NCBI GenBank assembly: GCA_964360785.1
Contig: CAYHXX010000005.1
Span: 1-54,497 of the forward strand
Direction of reading: 5' to 3'
Length of the DNA stretch: 54,497 bases
Source of the DNA: an uncultured Gammaproteobacteria bacterium
GTDB lineage: Bacteria; Patescibacteriota; Microgenomatia; Woykebacterales; RBG-16-39-9b
Below are positions 1 through 8,355 of the stretch, piece after piece. Numbering within the stretch: position 1 is the first letter of the stretch; the number at the start of each line of letters is the position of its first letter. The position numbers were made by a program, and so were the translations under genes. A model generated the notes under the pieces. That model was not told the origin of the DNA. It saw nothing but the letters and a program-made list of their open reading frames with translations, and did no database searches.

Positions 1-2
1 AC

Positions 3-206
3 GTCAATATTGGCCACGAAGCGTCTGTTTCCAAAATCGGTGAAGACCAACTTTTCTACCTTATGAGCCGGGGGATGAGTGAAAACGACGCCACCAGTAT
101 GATCGTCAACGGTTTCATCGAACCAATCGTTAAGGAGTTGCCTTTGGAGTATGCTTTGGAGTTGAATCGGTTAATTCAGCTGGAAATGATTGGAGCGGTG
201 GGTTAG
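3..206 (+). CDS. sufB: Fe-S cluster assembly protein SufB, C-terminal fragment (5' end outside window)
   Basis: Frame 3 reads ...[66 protein letters not shown], then TAG at 204-206. This is the conserved SufB C-terminus. sufD, sufS and sufU follow. Confidence 0.85.
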   Translation, partial: VNIGHEASVSKIGEDQLFYLMSRGMSENDATSMIVNGFIEPIVKELPLEYALELNRLIQLEMIGAVG

Positions 207-378
207 CCATCACCTTTTCAAAAAGGTGACACCAAAACCATTTGCTTACTGCGCGTGCTAAAGAAATTCAAGTCGCTCAAGCAAAATTACTAAACTCACC
301 CGATAGAATCGGGTTCAAACAAAGTAATTTGTGCTAGGTCGCTTTGTTCAATTTCTTTTTAACGCATGCTCGTAACGC
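207..378 (+). repeat. Intergenic structured repeat family, copy 1
   Basis: Starts right after the sufB stop. Hairpin CACCTTTTCAAAAAGGTG (211-228), then ACACCAAAACC, then GCTAAAGAAATTCAAGTCGCTCAAGC. An apical hairpin follows (AAATTACT..CCCGATAGAATCGGG..AGTAATTT), then a 3' block ..TTCAATTTCTTTTTAACGCATGCTCGTAACGC. The same blocks recur at 4090-4256, with diverged copies at 40671-40833 and 41468-41676. Confidence 0.75.
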
Positions 379-965
379 AAATTAAACTTATGAAAGAAAT
401 TAATTTGAATTTAAAAGAAAACCAGGAAGAAGTTTTGCCTTTGGTTTGGACTAGTGGGTCAGAAGAGATTGTAATTAATGCTACTTTATCAGGTCGGGGA
501 GCAAGGTTAAATGTTATCGGAGCTTTGTTTCTGGCGAATTCTGATCAAGTGAAATTAAACATAAATATTGAACACATTGGTGAAGATACTTTTTCCGATA
601 CTTTAATCAAGTCAGTTTTGACCGACCAAGCTAGCGGTAATTTTTATGGTTTGGTAAAAATCAAAAAAGGAGCTAAAAATACCAACACTTACTTCCGAGA
701 AGACGCCTTACTACTTTCAAAACAAGCCAGAGCCGAGGCAATTCCCTCTCTTGAAATTGATGAAAATGAAGTCAAAGCCGGACACGCTTCGACAGTCGGT
801 CCTGTGGACCCGGAACAGATATTTTACTTGATGAGTCGTGGTGTTACTCAAACAGACGCTAAAAGAATGGTAGTCCAAGGTTATTTCCACAGTGTTTCAG
901 AGCTCCTTCCAACCAAAGAGCAAGAAACTCTTAACACATTTCTCTCCAAAAAGTTTAGAATTTAG
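366..965 (+). CDS. sufD: Short SufD-like Fe-S assembly protein
   Basis: GHASTVGPVDPEQIFYLMSRGVTQTDAKRMVVQGYF is the SufB/SufD-family C-terminal motif, and the gene sits next to sufB. The protein is much shorter than typical SufD. The listed ATG at 366 lies inside the upstream repeat; ATG 390 (MKEINLNL) is an alternative start. Confidence 0.75.
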   Translation: MLVTQIKLMKEINLNLKENQEEVLPLVWTSGSEEIVINATLSGRGARLNVIGALFLANSDQVKLNINIEHIGEDTFSDTLIKSVLTDQASGNFYGLVKIKKGAKNTNTYFREDALLLSKQARAEAIPSLEIDENEVKAGHASTVGPVDPEQIFYLMSRGVTQTDAKRMVVQGYFHSVSELLPTKEQETLNTFLSKKFRI

Positions 966-1027
966 TTAATGTTTCCTGATTTAAAAACGAAGGTTATCTA
1001 TCTCTTCATCTTTTTGGTTTTTCTAGG

Positions 1028-1543
1028 TTGGTTTTGGTTGGTTTTTTCAATTTAAATGGGCAGTTTTTGCAGGGTCAAGATCCTAAATCGGTAATTTGGA
1101 TGCGTTACGGATTGCTCGCCTGGATACCATTTCTGCTATCGGTACTTTATCGGGCGAGAAAGATTGGGAAACTAAGAAGTAGGGTACGGGAGGAAAATTT
1201 AGCTGAGGGTGGGATTGAAGAAGCTCAAGTATTTCGAGATTTAACAGATTTGGAAAAAGAGCGTTTAATCGGATTGTCTAAAGAAAAAGGAAAGACTGAT
1301 TTTTACCTTGACTCTCGTTCACCTGTATTTAGAATTCAAGGTAGTGCTCTTTCCGAGGTTATATTTTACCAAGATGGTAAACCACACAATGCACTCCATA
1401 TTCGTGGAAAAACTTTTGCTGGGGATGAGCTAGAGCAAGTTAAGAATATCCTATCTTCTATAAAGGAGGACAAAGAGTATGCAGTTGAATACAGCCCACG
1501 GACCAAGCATGTCTGGAAAATCTACAAGACAGAGGATATTTAG
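1028..1543 (+). CDS. Hypothetical membrane-anchored protein
   Basis: ORF with the TM-like segment YGLLAWIPFLLSVLY followed by a charged soluble part. ATG 1100 (MRYGLLAW) is a plausible start. A 28-codon TM-like ORF (969-1055) in another frame ends at a T-run, so a frameshift cannot be excluded. No recognisable family. Confidence 0.45.
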   Translation: MVLVGFFNLNGQFLQGQDPKSVIWMRYGLLAWIPFLLSVLYRARKIGKLRSRVREENLAEGGIEEAQVFRDLTDLEKERLIGLSKEKGKTDFYLDSRSPVFRIQGSALSEVIFYQDGKPHNALHIRGKTFAGDELEQVKNILSSIKEDKEYAVEYSPRTKHVWKIYKTEDI

Positions 1544-1582
1544 TTTAGTTTTCTCTCCAAAAAGTTTAGAATTTAAACGTCT

Positions 1583-1807
1583 ATGAAAATTGAATTCTCC
1601 AGACACGCCTTAGATCAGCTAAAAGAAAGACCAAGAATAACTAAAGAAATGGTAATTGAGGCAATTGAAAATCCAGAGGAGGCGCTGGAGAGTTACAAGG
1701 GAAGAAAACTCTTTCAAAGAAACTATCAAAAGGAAGTTCTAGAGGTTGTAACAATCGAGGAAAGTGGTAAAATTATCATAATTACAGAATACTTTTTGGA
1801 GAAATAA
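1583..1807 (+). CDS. DUF4258-like small protein (putative toxin of a two-gene module)
   Basis: 74 aa. MKIEFSRHALDQLKERPRITKEMVIEAIENPE resembles the DUF4258 N-terminal pattern. It is tightly coupled to the next ORF, with a 1-nt gap. Confidence 0.65.
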   Translation: MKIEFSRHALDQLKERPRITKEMVIEAIENPEEALESYKGRKLFQRNYQKEVLEVVTIEESGKIIIITEYFLEK

Positions 1808-1808
1808 C

Positions 1809-2018
1809 TTGAAAATTACTTACGATAAAAAAATGGACGCCATCTATATAAAATTAAATGAAAAAGTAGCCTATCACCAAACAAAAAAGGTTACGGATAA
1901 TTTATTGGTAGATTATTCCAAAGACGGTAAGGTGGTTGGTGTAGAAGTATTGGATGCTTCCGAAAGTATGGTGGTACCTTCAAAAGAAAAAAGAAGTGTA
2001 CTTATAGAAAACATTTAA
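1809..2018 (+). CDS. DUF2283-like small protein (putative antitoxin partner)
   Basis: 69 aa with a TTG start. MKITYDKKMDAIYIKL...LLVDYSKDGKVVGVEVLDAS matches the DUF2283 pattern. Confidence 0.65.
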   Translation: MKITYDKKMDAIYIKLNEKVAYHQTKKVTDNLLVDYSKDGKVVGVEVLDASESMVVPSKEKRSVLIENI

Positions 2019-2021
2019 AGA

Positions 2022-2648
2022 ATGAAAAAACTGCTCTCAACTAAAAAATTTCAAGCCGGATTCACCCTAATCGAACTACTGATCGTGATTGTAATTATTG
2101 TGATTGTGATCGGTGTGGGTGCTGCTTCCTATACTACTGTTGCCCGAAACGGACGAGACGCCCAAAGAAAATCCGACATTGAAAAGATGCAACTCGCTCT
2201 GGAAGAATTTTTTGCCGACAATGGTGCGTACCCTGATGAAGGTTGGATAAGTGGGGCCTCTCCTACAAACTATGATAGGGTGACTTGCATGATAGATGGA
2301 AGTGGAAGGGCTACTGCCGGAATAGCAGTTGGAGAGGCCTTTACCTGTGGTGGAAGGACTTACCTGAGTAGCATGCCGGCCGATCCATCCACTGGCCTTG
2401 GGTATTACTATGAGAGTGACGATACTTTTTGCGTACCTCCTGCCAGCCCACTTAACCCCTGGGCAAATTGCCGAAAATATACCATTTGGGCTGAATTGGA
2501 AAACCCTAATGATCCAGACAGATGGGTTGATGGCCAGGATATTATTTGTGACGCAGCTAAAAAATCCTCAAATCCGTTAGACTCAGACGGTTGGTATGAT
2601 GGTCTTTACGAGGATAATTACAATGGTAACTATTGTGTCCACAATTAG
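2022..2648 (+). CDS. Type IV pilin-like protein (prepilin-type N-terminal cleavage/methylation domain)
   Basis: N-terminus KKFQAG/FTLIELLIVIVIIVIVIG carries the canonical G|FTLIEL prepilin motif plus a hydrophobic helix. The globular part is Cys-rich. Confidence 0.8.
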   Translation: MKKLLSTKKFQAGFTLIELLIVIVIIVIVIGVGAASYTTVARNGRDAQRKSDIEKMQLALEEFFADNGAYPDEGWISGASPTNYDRVTCMIDGSGRATAGIAVGEAFTCGGRTYLSSMPADPSTGLGYYYESDDTFCVPPASPLNPWANCRKYTIWAELENPNDPDRWVDGQDIICDAAKKSSNPLDSDGWYDGLYEDNYNGNYCVHN

Positions 2649-2687
2649 ATTCTTTCCAAAATCTTCCTAAATTTTAGGTTTCCTGGC

Positions 2688-2771
2688 CGCAAAGCACGTA
2701 GCGAATTTTAGTCCAAAGGACGCAAAATCCGTCAGGATTTTTAGCCGTTCCAGGCGCAAAGCACGTAGCGA
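2688..2771. repeat. Two 17-nt direct repeats upstream of sufS
   Basis: CGCAAAGCACGTAGCGA occurs at 2688-2704 and 2755-2771. A hairpin AAAATCCGTCAGGATTTT lies between them. The pair sits 40-120 nt upstream of the sufS start. Confidence 0.6.
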
Positions 2772-2811
2772 TTTACATTAAACCCGCTAAAGTCTAAAAT
2801 ACCCCCTACTT

Positions 2812-4083
2812 ATGCTTGAAAATATCCAAAAAATCCGTAAGGACTTTCCGATCCTTTCACGGAAAATCTATGGTCACGACTTGGTCTACTTTGATAACGC
2901 GGCCACCAGCCAAAAACCAAACCAAGTTATCGATGCTATTTCTGATTACTACCAGAACCACAATGCCAATGTCCATCGGGGAGTCCACAAACTTTCCGAA
3001 GAAGCCACCGAAATGTATGAGGGAGTTAGGAAAAAAGTTGCTGATTTTATCAACGGTGGCGATAAGCGCCAAATAATTTTCACCCGTAATGCTACTGAAA
3101 GCATAAATTTAGTTGCCTACAGTTGGGGGAGGGCAAATATTAAAAAAGGTGACGAAATACTTTTAACAGAAATGGAACATCATTCCAACCTAGTCCCGTG
3201 GCAAATATTAGCTCAGGAAACAGGAGCCAAACTTAAATTTATCCCAATTGATGAACATGGAGAGCTCCGAATAAAGAATAACGAGTTAAAAACATATCTG
3301 ACTCCCAAAACCAGACTTGTTGCCCTGACTCATGTTTCCAATGTCCTTGGCACAATCAATCCAGTCAAAGAAATTATTTCTGATATCAGAGATCTGAAAT
3401 CTGACATTTGTATTTTGGTGGATGGAGCTCAGGCAGTGCCGCATATTCCAGTCTCAGTGCAGACTTTAGGTTGTGACTTTTATGTTTTTACTGGCCACAA
3501 AATGCTCGGACCGACCGGAATCGGGGTGTTGTGGGCCAAGAAAGAGCTGCAAGAAGCTATGCCACCGTTTCTCGGCGGAGGCGATATGATTCTTGAGGTT
3601 GAGCTTGAAAAAAGCAGTTACAATTATATTCCTTGGAAATTTGAAGCCGGAACCCCTAATGTTGCCGGCGCGGTTGGTTTGGGAGCAGCTTGTGATTATT
3701 TGTCTAAGATTGGTATGAAAAGTGTCCGTGAACACGAACAAGATCTCACAAAATATGCCCTTGACCAGTTGAGATCAACCCCAGGGGTTGATATCTATGG
3801 GCCGGAAAAGCTTGAAAGACGAAGCGGTGTGATTTCCTTCAACATAGTTAACAATCCGCCAGCCGGCGGAGGCAAAGTGGTAGTCCATCCTCATGATCTC
3901 GCTTCGATACTTGATCTCGAGGGGATAGCCATCCGTAGCGGTCACCACTGTGCTCAGCCTTTGATGAAAATACTGAAAATCCCAGCGGCGGCCAGAGTTA
4001 GTTTTCATATATACAACACCAAAGAAGAAATTGATAAATTGGTTCCGGCAATTGAGAAAGTTAAAAAGACTTTTAAGATCTAG
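2812..4083 (+). CDS. sufS: Cysteine desulfurase SufS (class V aminotransferase)
   Basis: 423 aa with FDNAATSQKP, HHSNLVPWQ, FTGHKMLGPTGIGVLW (PLP lysine) and RSGHHCAQPL (active-site Cys loop). It lies in SUF context. Confidence 0.92.
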   Translation: MLENIQKIRKDFPILSRKIYGHDLVYFDNAATSQKPNQVIDAISDYYQNHNANVHRGVHKLSEEATEMYEGVRKKVADFINGGDKRQIIFTRNATESINLVAYSWGRANIKKGDEILLTEMEHHSNLVPWQILAQETGAKLKFIPIDEHGELRIKNNELKTYLTPKTRLVALTHVSNVLGTINPVKEIISDIRDLKSDICILVDGAQAVPHIPVSVQTLGCDFYVFTGHKMLGPTGIGVLWAKKELQEAMPPFLGGGDMILEVELEKSSYNYIPWKFEAGTPNVAGAVGLGAACDYLSKIGMKSVREHEQDLTKYALDQLRSTPGVDIYGPEKLERRSGVISFNIVNNPPAGGGKVVVHPHDLASILDLEGIAIRSGHHCAQPLMKILKIPAAARVSFHIYNTKEEIDKLVPAIEKVKKTFKI

Positions 4084-4089
4084 TAGTTT

Positions 4090-4256
4090 ATGTTACCTTT
4101 TCAAAAAGGTAACACCAAAACCTTCGCCTTGCTTGCGCTGCTAAAGAAATTCAAGTCGCTCAAGCAAAATTGCAAACTCGTCAAGGACTCCTCAAACAGT
4201 GCAATTTGTGCTAGGTCGCTTTGTTAAATTTTTTCTTAACGCATGCTCGCAACGGC
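4090..4256 (+). repeat. Intergenic structured repeat family, copy 2
   Basis: Hairpin TACCTTTTCAAAAAGGTA (4094-4111), then ACACCAAAACC, GCTAAAGAAATTCAAGTCGCTCAAGC, an apical stem AAATTGCA..TGCAATTT, and the 3' block ..CTTAACGCATGCTCGCAACGG. Long stretches are identical to copy 1. Confidence 0.75.
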
Positions 4257-4269
4257 GTAATTCATAGAT

Positions 4270-4638
4270 ATGAACGATCAGTATTTATACAGAGAAACTT
4301 TATTAGAAAGGCTTGCTAACCCGGTAAATCAGGGAGTCATTGATAAGCCGGACTTGGAAGCGCGCTTAGTAAATCCACTTTGTGGTGATGAAGTTTTACT
4401 TCAGTTGAAAGTCATAAATGGGGTTATCGAACAAGCAGTCTATTCAGGTAATGGCTGTGCAATTTCGCAAGTTTCTGCCGACTTTTTAGCCGAAAAACTC
4501 CAGGGCAAAAACTTAGAACAAATTGAAAGTATTACCGATAAGGATATACTAGAAAATCTTGGAATCAATCCCGGACCAGCAAGACTCAGATGCGCACTGT
4601 TGTCTTTTGAAGTTCTAAAAAAAGCGCTAGAAAAATAA
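4270..4638 (+). CDS. sufU: SufU/NifU-type Fe-S cluster scaffold or sulfur acceptor
   Basis: 122 aa with NPLCGDEV, GNGCAISQVSA and ARLRCALL, the three conserved Cys motifs of the IscU/SufU family. Confidence 0.85.
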   Translation: MNDQYLYRETLLERLANPVNQGVIDKPDLEARLVNPLCGDEVLLQLKVINGVIEQAVYSGNGCAISQVSADFLAEKLQGKNLEQIESITDKDILENLGINPGPARLRCALLSFEVLKKALEK

Positions 4639-4642
4639 AAAA

Positions 4643-5041
4643 ATGTTTCTAAAAAAACATTCCAAACTCATACTTTTTTCCTCCCTAGGCCTTATCTTGT
4701 GCCTCTTCCTTGCCTTTGTACTCCTGCGGGGTTATTTTTTTGGATCAGCAAAAGCGGGTAATAATTGTGCTTTTGGTTCAAACGAGAGCACTGTTTCTGC
4801 CAGGACTTTAGTTTCATTTTCCTCAGAGCAACTAAGAGAATTTGATGGTGTCAAAAAGACCAAGATTTACATTGGACTGGATTGTTTAGTTTATGATGTT
4901 ACCGCTGGAAAAGATCAATACTACGGCGAGGGTAAACCTTATCACTATCTTGTAGCTAGGGATGCAAGTGCGCAACTAAGAATCTTCGGAGGCGATATAA
5001 TAAAAAGCAAATATCCAGTTGTTGGGACCCTTGGAAACTAA
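4643..5041 (+). CDS. Membrane-anchored cytochrome b5-like haem/steroid-binding domain protein
   Basis: N-terminal TM helix, then LREFDGVKKTKIYIGLDCLVYDVTAGKDQYYGEGKPYHYLVARDAS. This resembles the PGRMC/cyt-b5-like domain pattern. Confidence 0.6.
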   Translation: MFLKKHSKLILFSSLGLILCLFLAFVLLRGYFFGSAKAGNNCAFGSNESTVSARTLVSFSSEQLREFDGVKKTKIYIGLDCLVYDVTAGKDQYYGEGKPYHYLVARDASAQLRIFGGDIIKSKYPVVGTLGN

Positions 5042-5044
5042 CAA

Positions 5045-5551
5045 ATGAAAAAACTGTACCCAGACCATCTAACAAAAAGGCAAACAATCGCAGTGGTTGT
5101 TGTGAGCGCGATTTTGGGAACAATCCCATTATTTGTCTACGAAGCCCAGAAACCTGCACCTAATTCCGAGGTGGAGGCTGCCACAGTTGTGTTGAAGCAG
5201 TTCCCAGGATTGGAATGGGCAAAGCCGAACCAAGAAAAAGTTAGCGTTTTGTTAAAAGAAGGTACCAGTGAGGAAAGTCTAGTCTTGGCGACTGGTCAGA
5301 AATCTTCTGCAATCAGTACCACAAATATCTCTACTGAAATCGCGGCTTATTATGCAGAGCAGTTTACCAAAAAAGGTTTTGCTCAGATCAAATCATATGG
5401 TGATCCAGAAACAGATAAATATTGGGTAAAACGTTACCGTAAAGATCGGCAGTATTCAGAAGTTCAGTATTACCCAACTCCTTACGAAACAGATAGCTTT
5501 ACAACAGTTTTATTCTTTGGAATCCTGCCGGAGGGGAAGTCAAATATTTAG
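5045..5551 (+). CDS. Hypothetical membrane-anchored protein
   Basis: 168-aa ORF with one N-terminal TM helix (IAVVVVSAILGTIPLFVY). No recognisable motif. Confidence 0.5.
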   Translation: MKKLYPDHLTKRQTIAVVVVSAILGTIPLFVYEAQKPAPNSEVEAATVVLKQFPGLEWAKPNQEKVSVLLKEGTSEESLVLATGQKSSAISTTNISTEIAAYYAEQFTKKGFAQIKSYGDPETDKYWVKRYRKDRQYSEVQYYPTPYETDSFTTVLFFGILPEGKSNI

Positions 5552-6145
5552 ATGTTTACAAAATTGAGGGTATTTTTGTTTAAAGGTTGGTTAGTTGAGG
5601 CTCTATTCTTAACACTACTGACTTTAATGGTTACTCTGACTATTGCTTATGTTTCTGACTACTTTTATAAGGTGAGCTTTGGGAAGCAAACTTTTGAAAA
5701 AGGAAAACTGACTTTGGTAGACACAAACGGGTCTAACTCTCCGGTGAATACAAATTCGAATTCAACTCAGAACAGTGCAAATAGTACAGGTTCCACAACG
5801 GCCCCATCGACAACCACCCCACCAACCACTGGGACACAAACTCCACCACCTTCGACTCCGCCACCAACCACACCACCACCAACACCTCCTCCAGCACCGT
5901 CAGGCTGTTTTGTGACTGTAAATGGATATTTGTACAACATGCAGTCGGCAATTGGTGTAACCTTAACCGATCCTCCTACACAAAAAACTAGAAAGCACAC
6001 GAGTGGAAATTTCAATTGCGGAAGTTACAATGCTCCGACTAATATGACAAGTACTTATATGAGTAAGCATAATGGTATGGGGTGTGCTCAACGGTTAGCA
6101 CCTTACATTTACACACCACCGGCACCAACAGATCCATCTTGTTAA
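5552..6145 (+). CDS. Hypothetical membrane-anchored protein with Pro/Thr-rich linker and Cys-containing C-terminal domain
   Basis: N-terminal TM helix, a TPPPSTPPPTTPPPTPPPAPS linker, and a ~85-aa C-terminal domain with 5 Cys. The start is coupled to the preceding stop. Confidence 0.5.
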   Translation: MFTKLRVFLFKGWLVEALFLTLLTLMVTLTIAYVSDYFYKVSFGKQTFEKGKLTLVDTNGSNSPVNTNSNSTQNSANSTGSTTAPSTTTPPTTGTQTPPPSTPPPTTPPPTPPPAPSGCFVTVNGYLYNMQSAIGVTLTDPPTQKTRKHTSGNFNCGSYNAPTNMTSTYMSKHNGMGCAQRLAPYIYTPPAPTDPSC

Positions 6146-6147
6146 CT

Positions 6148-6879
6148 ATGATAAAAAAAGCTGCTCTAATCTCAATTGGTACTTTCTTACTCACACTCGT
6201 GATCTTCACCTTGGTCTACCTGATTTATTCATTTTTGCTCACTGTTTCAGGATCCCCAAAGGCGGTAAGTGCTTTAACCAAAGTTACAATCTACTTATTT
6301 TTCTTAAGGCTTACTGGAATCTTAGCCTTTGTTCTGATAGGAATTACGATGCTATTAGGGGCCTTGAGGAGTTTTCTAATTGCTTTTTATAAAACCGCTT
6401 CGTTTTGGGAAATCCATACGAAATGGACTTCTTCAGTTGGGATTGGTATGGTTGTTTCGCATCTGGTTATTTACTTTCTTTACCAAAATCGTTTGGGGAT
6501 TTCCTTTAAATTAGCGAGTTTATTACCCACAACTGTTTCCTGGACTGCCACTAGCAATTTAATATTTATTGGGATTATTTCCCTAATCACGCTCTTCTTT
6601 AACGCAATAATTGCCCATATTCCTGGAGTAACTGGAAAGAAATGGTGGCGACCACTGCATATTCTTAACTATTTTGTTCTCTTCCTCATCATTTTCCATG
6701 CTTTCTATGGAGGAGGTGATAGTACCAAACCCTTGTTTCGAACGCTCTACTTTTCTTTCTTGGTCCTTGCAGTCCTGGGTATGGTTTATCGGCTGTACAA
6801 GGTTTACCGCAAACGGACTAGTTTAAAACCAAAATTGGTAGAAGGTCTGGGTGTAAGTTCAGAAAAAACAGCTAAGTAA
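6148..6879 (+). CDS. Polytopic membrane protein, possibly ferric-reductase-like b-haem transmembrane domain
   Basis: ATG 6148 (MIKKAALISIG) avoids overlap with the upstream gene. About 6 TM helices. His pairs inside helices (H-x14-H in EIHTKW..VVSH, H-x12-H in LHILNYFVLFLIIFH) resemble bis-His haem ligation. This is inference. Confidence 0.45.
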   Translation: MIKKAALISIGTFLLTLVIFTLVYLIYSFLLTVSGSPKAVSALTKVTIYLFFLRLTGILAFVLIGITMLLGALRSFLIAFYKTASFWEIHTKWTSSVGIGMVVSHLVIYFLYQNRLGISFKLASLLPTTVSWTATSNLIFIGIISLITLFFNAIIAHIPGVTGKKWWRPLHILNYFVLFLIIFHAFYGGGDSTKPLFRTLYFSFLVLAVLGMVYRLYKVYRKRTSLKPKLVEGLGVSSEKTAK

Positions 6880-6907
6880 TGTTATAATTTTTAGCAAGGA
6901 GGCACTG

Positions 6908-7123
6908 ATGGCTCATACAGCAAAAGTTGACCGCAGTTTATGTATCGGTAGTGGGGATTGTACAAGAATCGCTTCAAAAACTTTCCAACTTGATGCGGAG
7001 AATAAATCAGTCGTTATCGCCCAAGGAGCAGATAGTGACGAACTCTTGATGGAAGCAGCAAAAACTTGTCCGGTGTCAGCAATTATTTTAACTGACTCCT
7101 CTGGAGCCCAAGCCTTTCCGTAA
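6908..7123 (+). CDS. Small single-cluster ferredoxin
   Basis: 71 aa with CIGSGDC...CP, the pattern of single [3Fe-4S]/[4Fe-4S] ferredoxins. An AGGAGG-like RBS (aaggagg) lies upstream. Confidence 0.75.
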   Translation: MAHTAKVDRSLCIGSGDCTRIASKTFQLDAENKSVVIAQGADSDELLMEAAKTCPVSAIILTDSSGAQAFP

Positions 7124-8353
7124 ATGACTAAAGTTGATTATCTGATCATTGGTGGTGGTATAGCCGGCACCACTGCTGCCGAAGAAGTACGGTCCAAAGA
7201 TCCAGCTTCTACAATTGCAATCATTACCGAAGAAGCGGACCGGACCTACTCTCGGGTGCTTCTGCCACATTTTCTGCGTAATGAAAATTCTCTAGAGAGC
7301 CTTTTTATCCGTACCCCCGAAAGCTACAAAGAAAAAAATATTCAGTTACTCACCAAACTGAAGGTAACTAAAGTTGACTCTCAAAATAAAATCGTTACGA
7401 CGGTTGATAATCAAACTTTTTCGTACAGTAAACTGTTAATAGCGTCTGGCGGAAAAGCAAACAAACTACCCCTCTCCGGTGCCAACTTGCCCGAAGTTGT
7501 TTACATGCGAACTTTGGAGGATATTAGGAAAATAAAAGAAATAATTGGTAGAAGTAAAGAAGCGGTTGTTCTTGGTGGTGGTTTTATCGGGATCGAGTTT
7601 GCCCAGAGTTTTCTCAAGAACTCCCTTAAGACAACAGCAATCATTCGCGAAAAATCTTTTTGGGAACCAGTGGTTGGGGAGAACTCCGGGAAACTTTTAT
7701 CGCAAATTCTCATCGATCATGGGGTTGTCGTCCTTCCGGAAACTCAAGTTACAGAGTTTATTGGTCAAGAAAAGCTTGAGAGTGTCAAGACAAATGTAGG
7801 TACGGAAATCAAAGCAGATATCGCTGGAGTTGGGATTGGGATTCGTTTAGAGATTGATTACCTAAAAGACTCTGGGATTAACCTAAATAAAGGTGTTTTG
7901 ACAAATGAGTTTCTAGAAACTACTGCTCCTGGAGTTTGGGCGGCCGGTGATATCGCGGAATTTTACGACGTAGTTTTTAAACGTACTCATTCTTTAGGTA
8001 ACTGGGCCAACGCTGCCTCCCAAGGGCGAACTGCCGGTCAAAATATGAGTGGGCAGAGACAAATTTTTGAGACAACAAGTATGTACTCAATCAATATATT
8101 TGATAGTAACTTTTCTTTTCTTGGCGATCCAATGGTAGATCAGAACACCGAATTAATTGAGCGTGGAACCTTAGCTGATAAAAAGCTTGGAAGGCTTTTG
8201 ATTCGTGAAGACACTATTGTGGGAGCGAGTTTGATTAACTTACCAGCGGATAGAAACTCGATCACGAAACTTATAAAGGCTAAAACTAAAATTACTTCTT
8301 CTAAGACTAAATTAGCTGATCTTTCTTTCGATCTTTCCACAATCGCAAATTAA
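7124..8353 (+). CDS. FAD-dependent pyridine nucleotide-disulfide oxidoreductase (ferredoxin reductase-like)
   Basis: DYLIIGGGIAGTTAAEE (FAD GxGxxG), VVLGGGFIGIEFAQ (NAD(P)H GxGxxG) and WAAGDIAEF. The start abuts the ferredoxin stop. Confidence 0.85.
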   Translation: MTKVDYLIIGGGIAGTTAAEEVRSKDPASTIAIITEEADRTYSRVLLPHFLRNENSLESLFIRTPESYKEKNIQLLTKLKVTKVDSQNKIVTTVDNQTFSYSKLLIASGGKANKLPLSGANLPEVVYMRTLEDIRKIKEIIGRSKEAVVLGGGFIGIEFAQSFLKNSLKTTAIIREKSFWEPVVGENSGKLLSQILIDHGVVVLPETQVTEFIGQEKLESVKTNVGTEIKADIAGVGIGIRLEIDYLKDSGINLNKGVLTNEFLETTAPGVWAAGDIAEFYDVVFKRTHSLGNWANAASQGRTAGQNMSGQRQIFETTSMYSINIFDSNFSFLGDPMVDQNTELIERGTLADKKLGRLLIREDTIVGASLINLPADRNSITKLIKAKTKITSSKTKLADLSFDLSTIAN

Positions 8354-8355
8354 AG

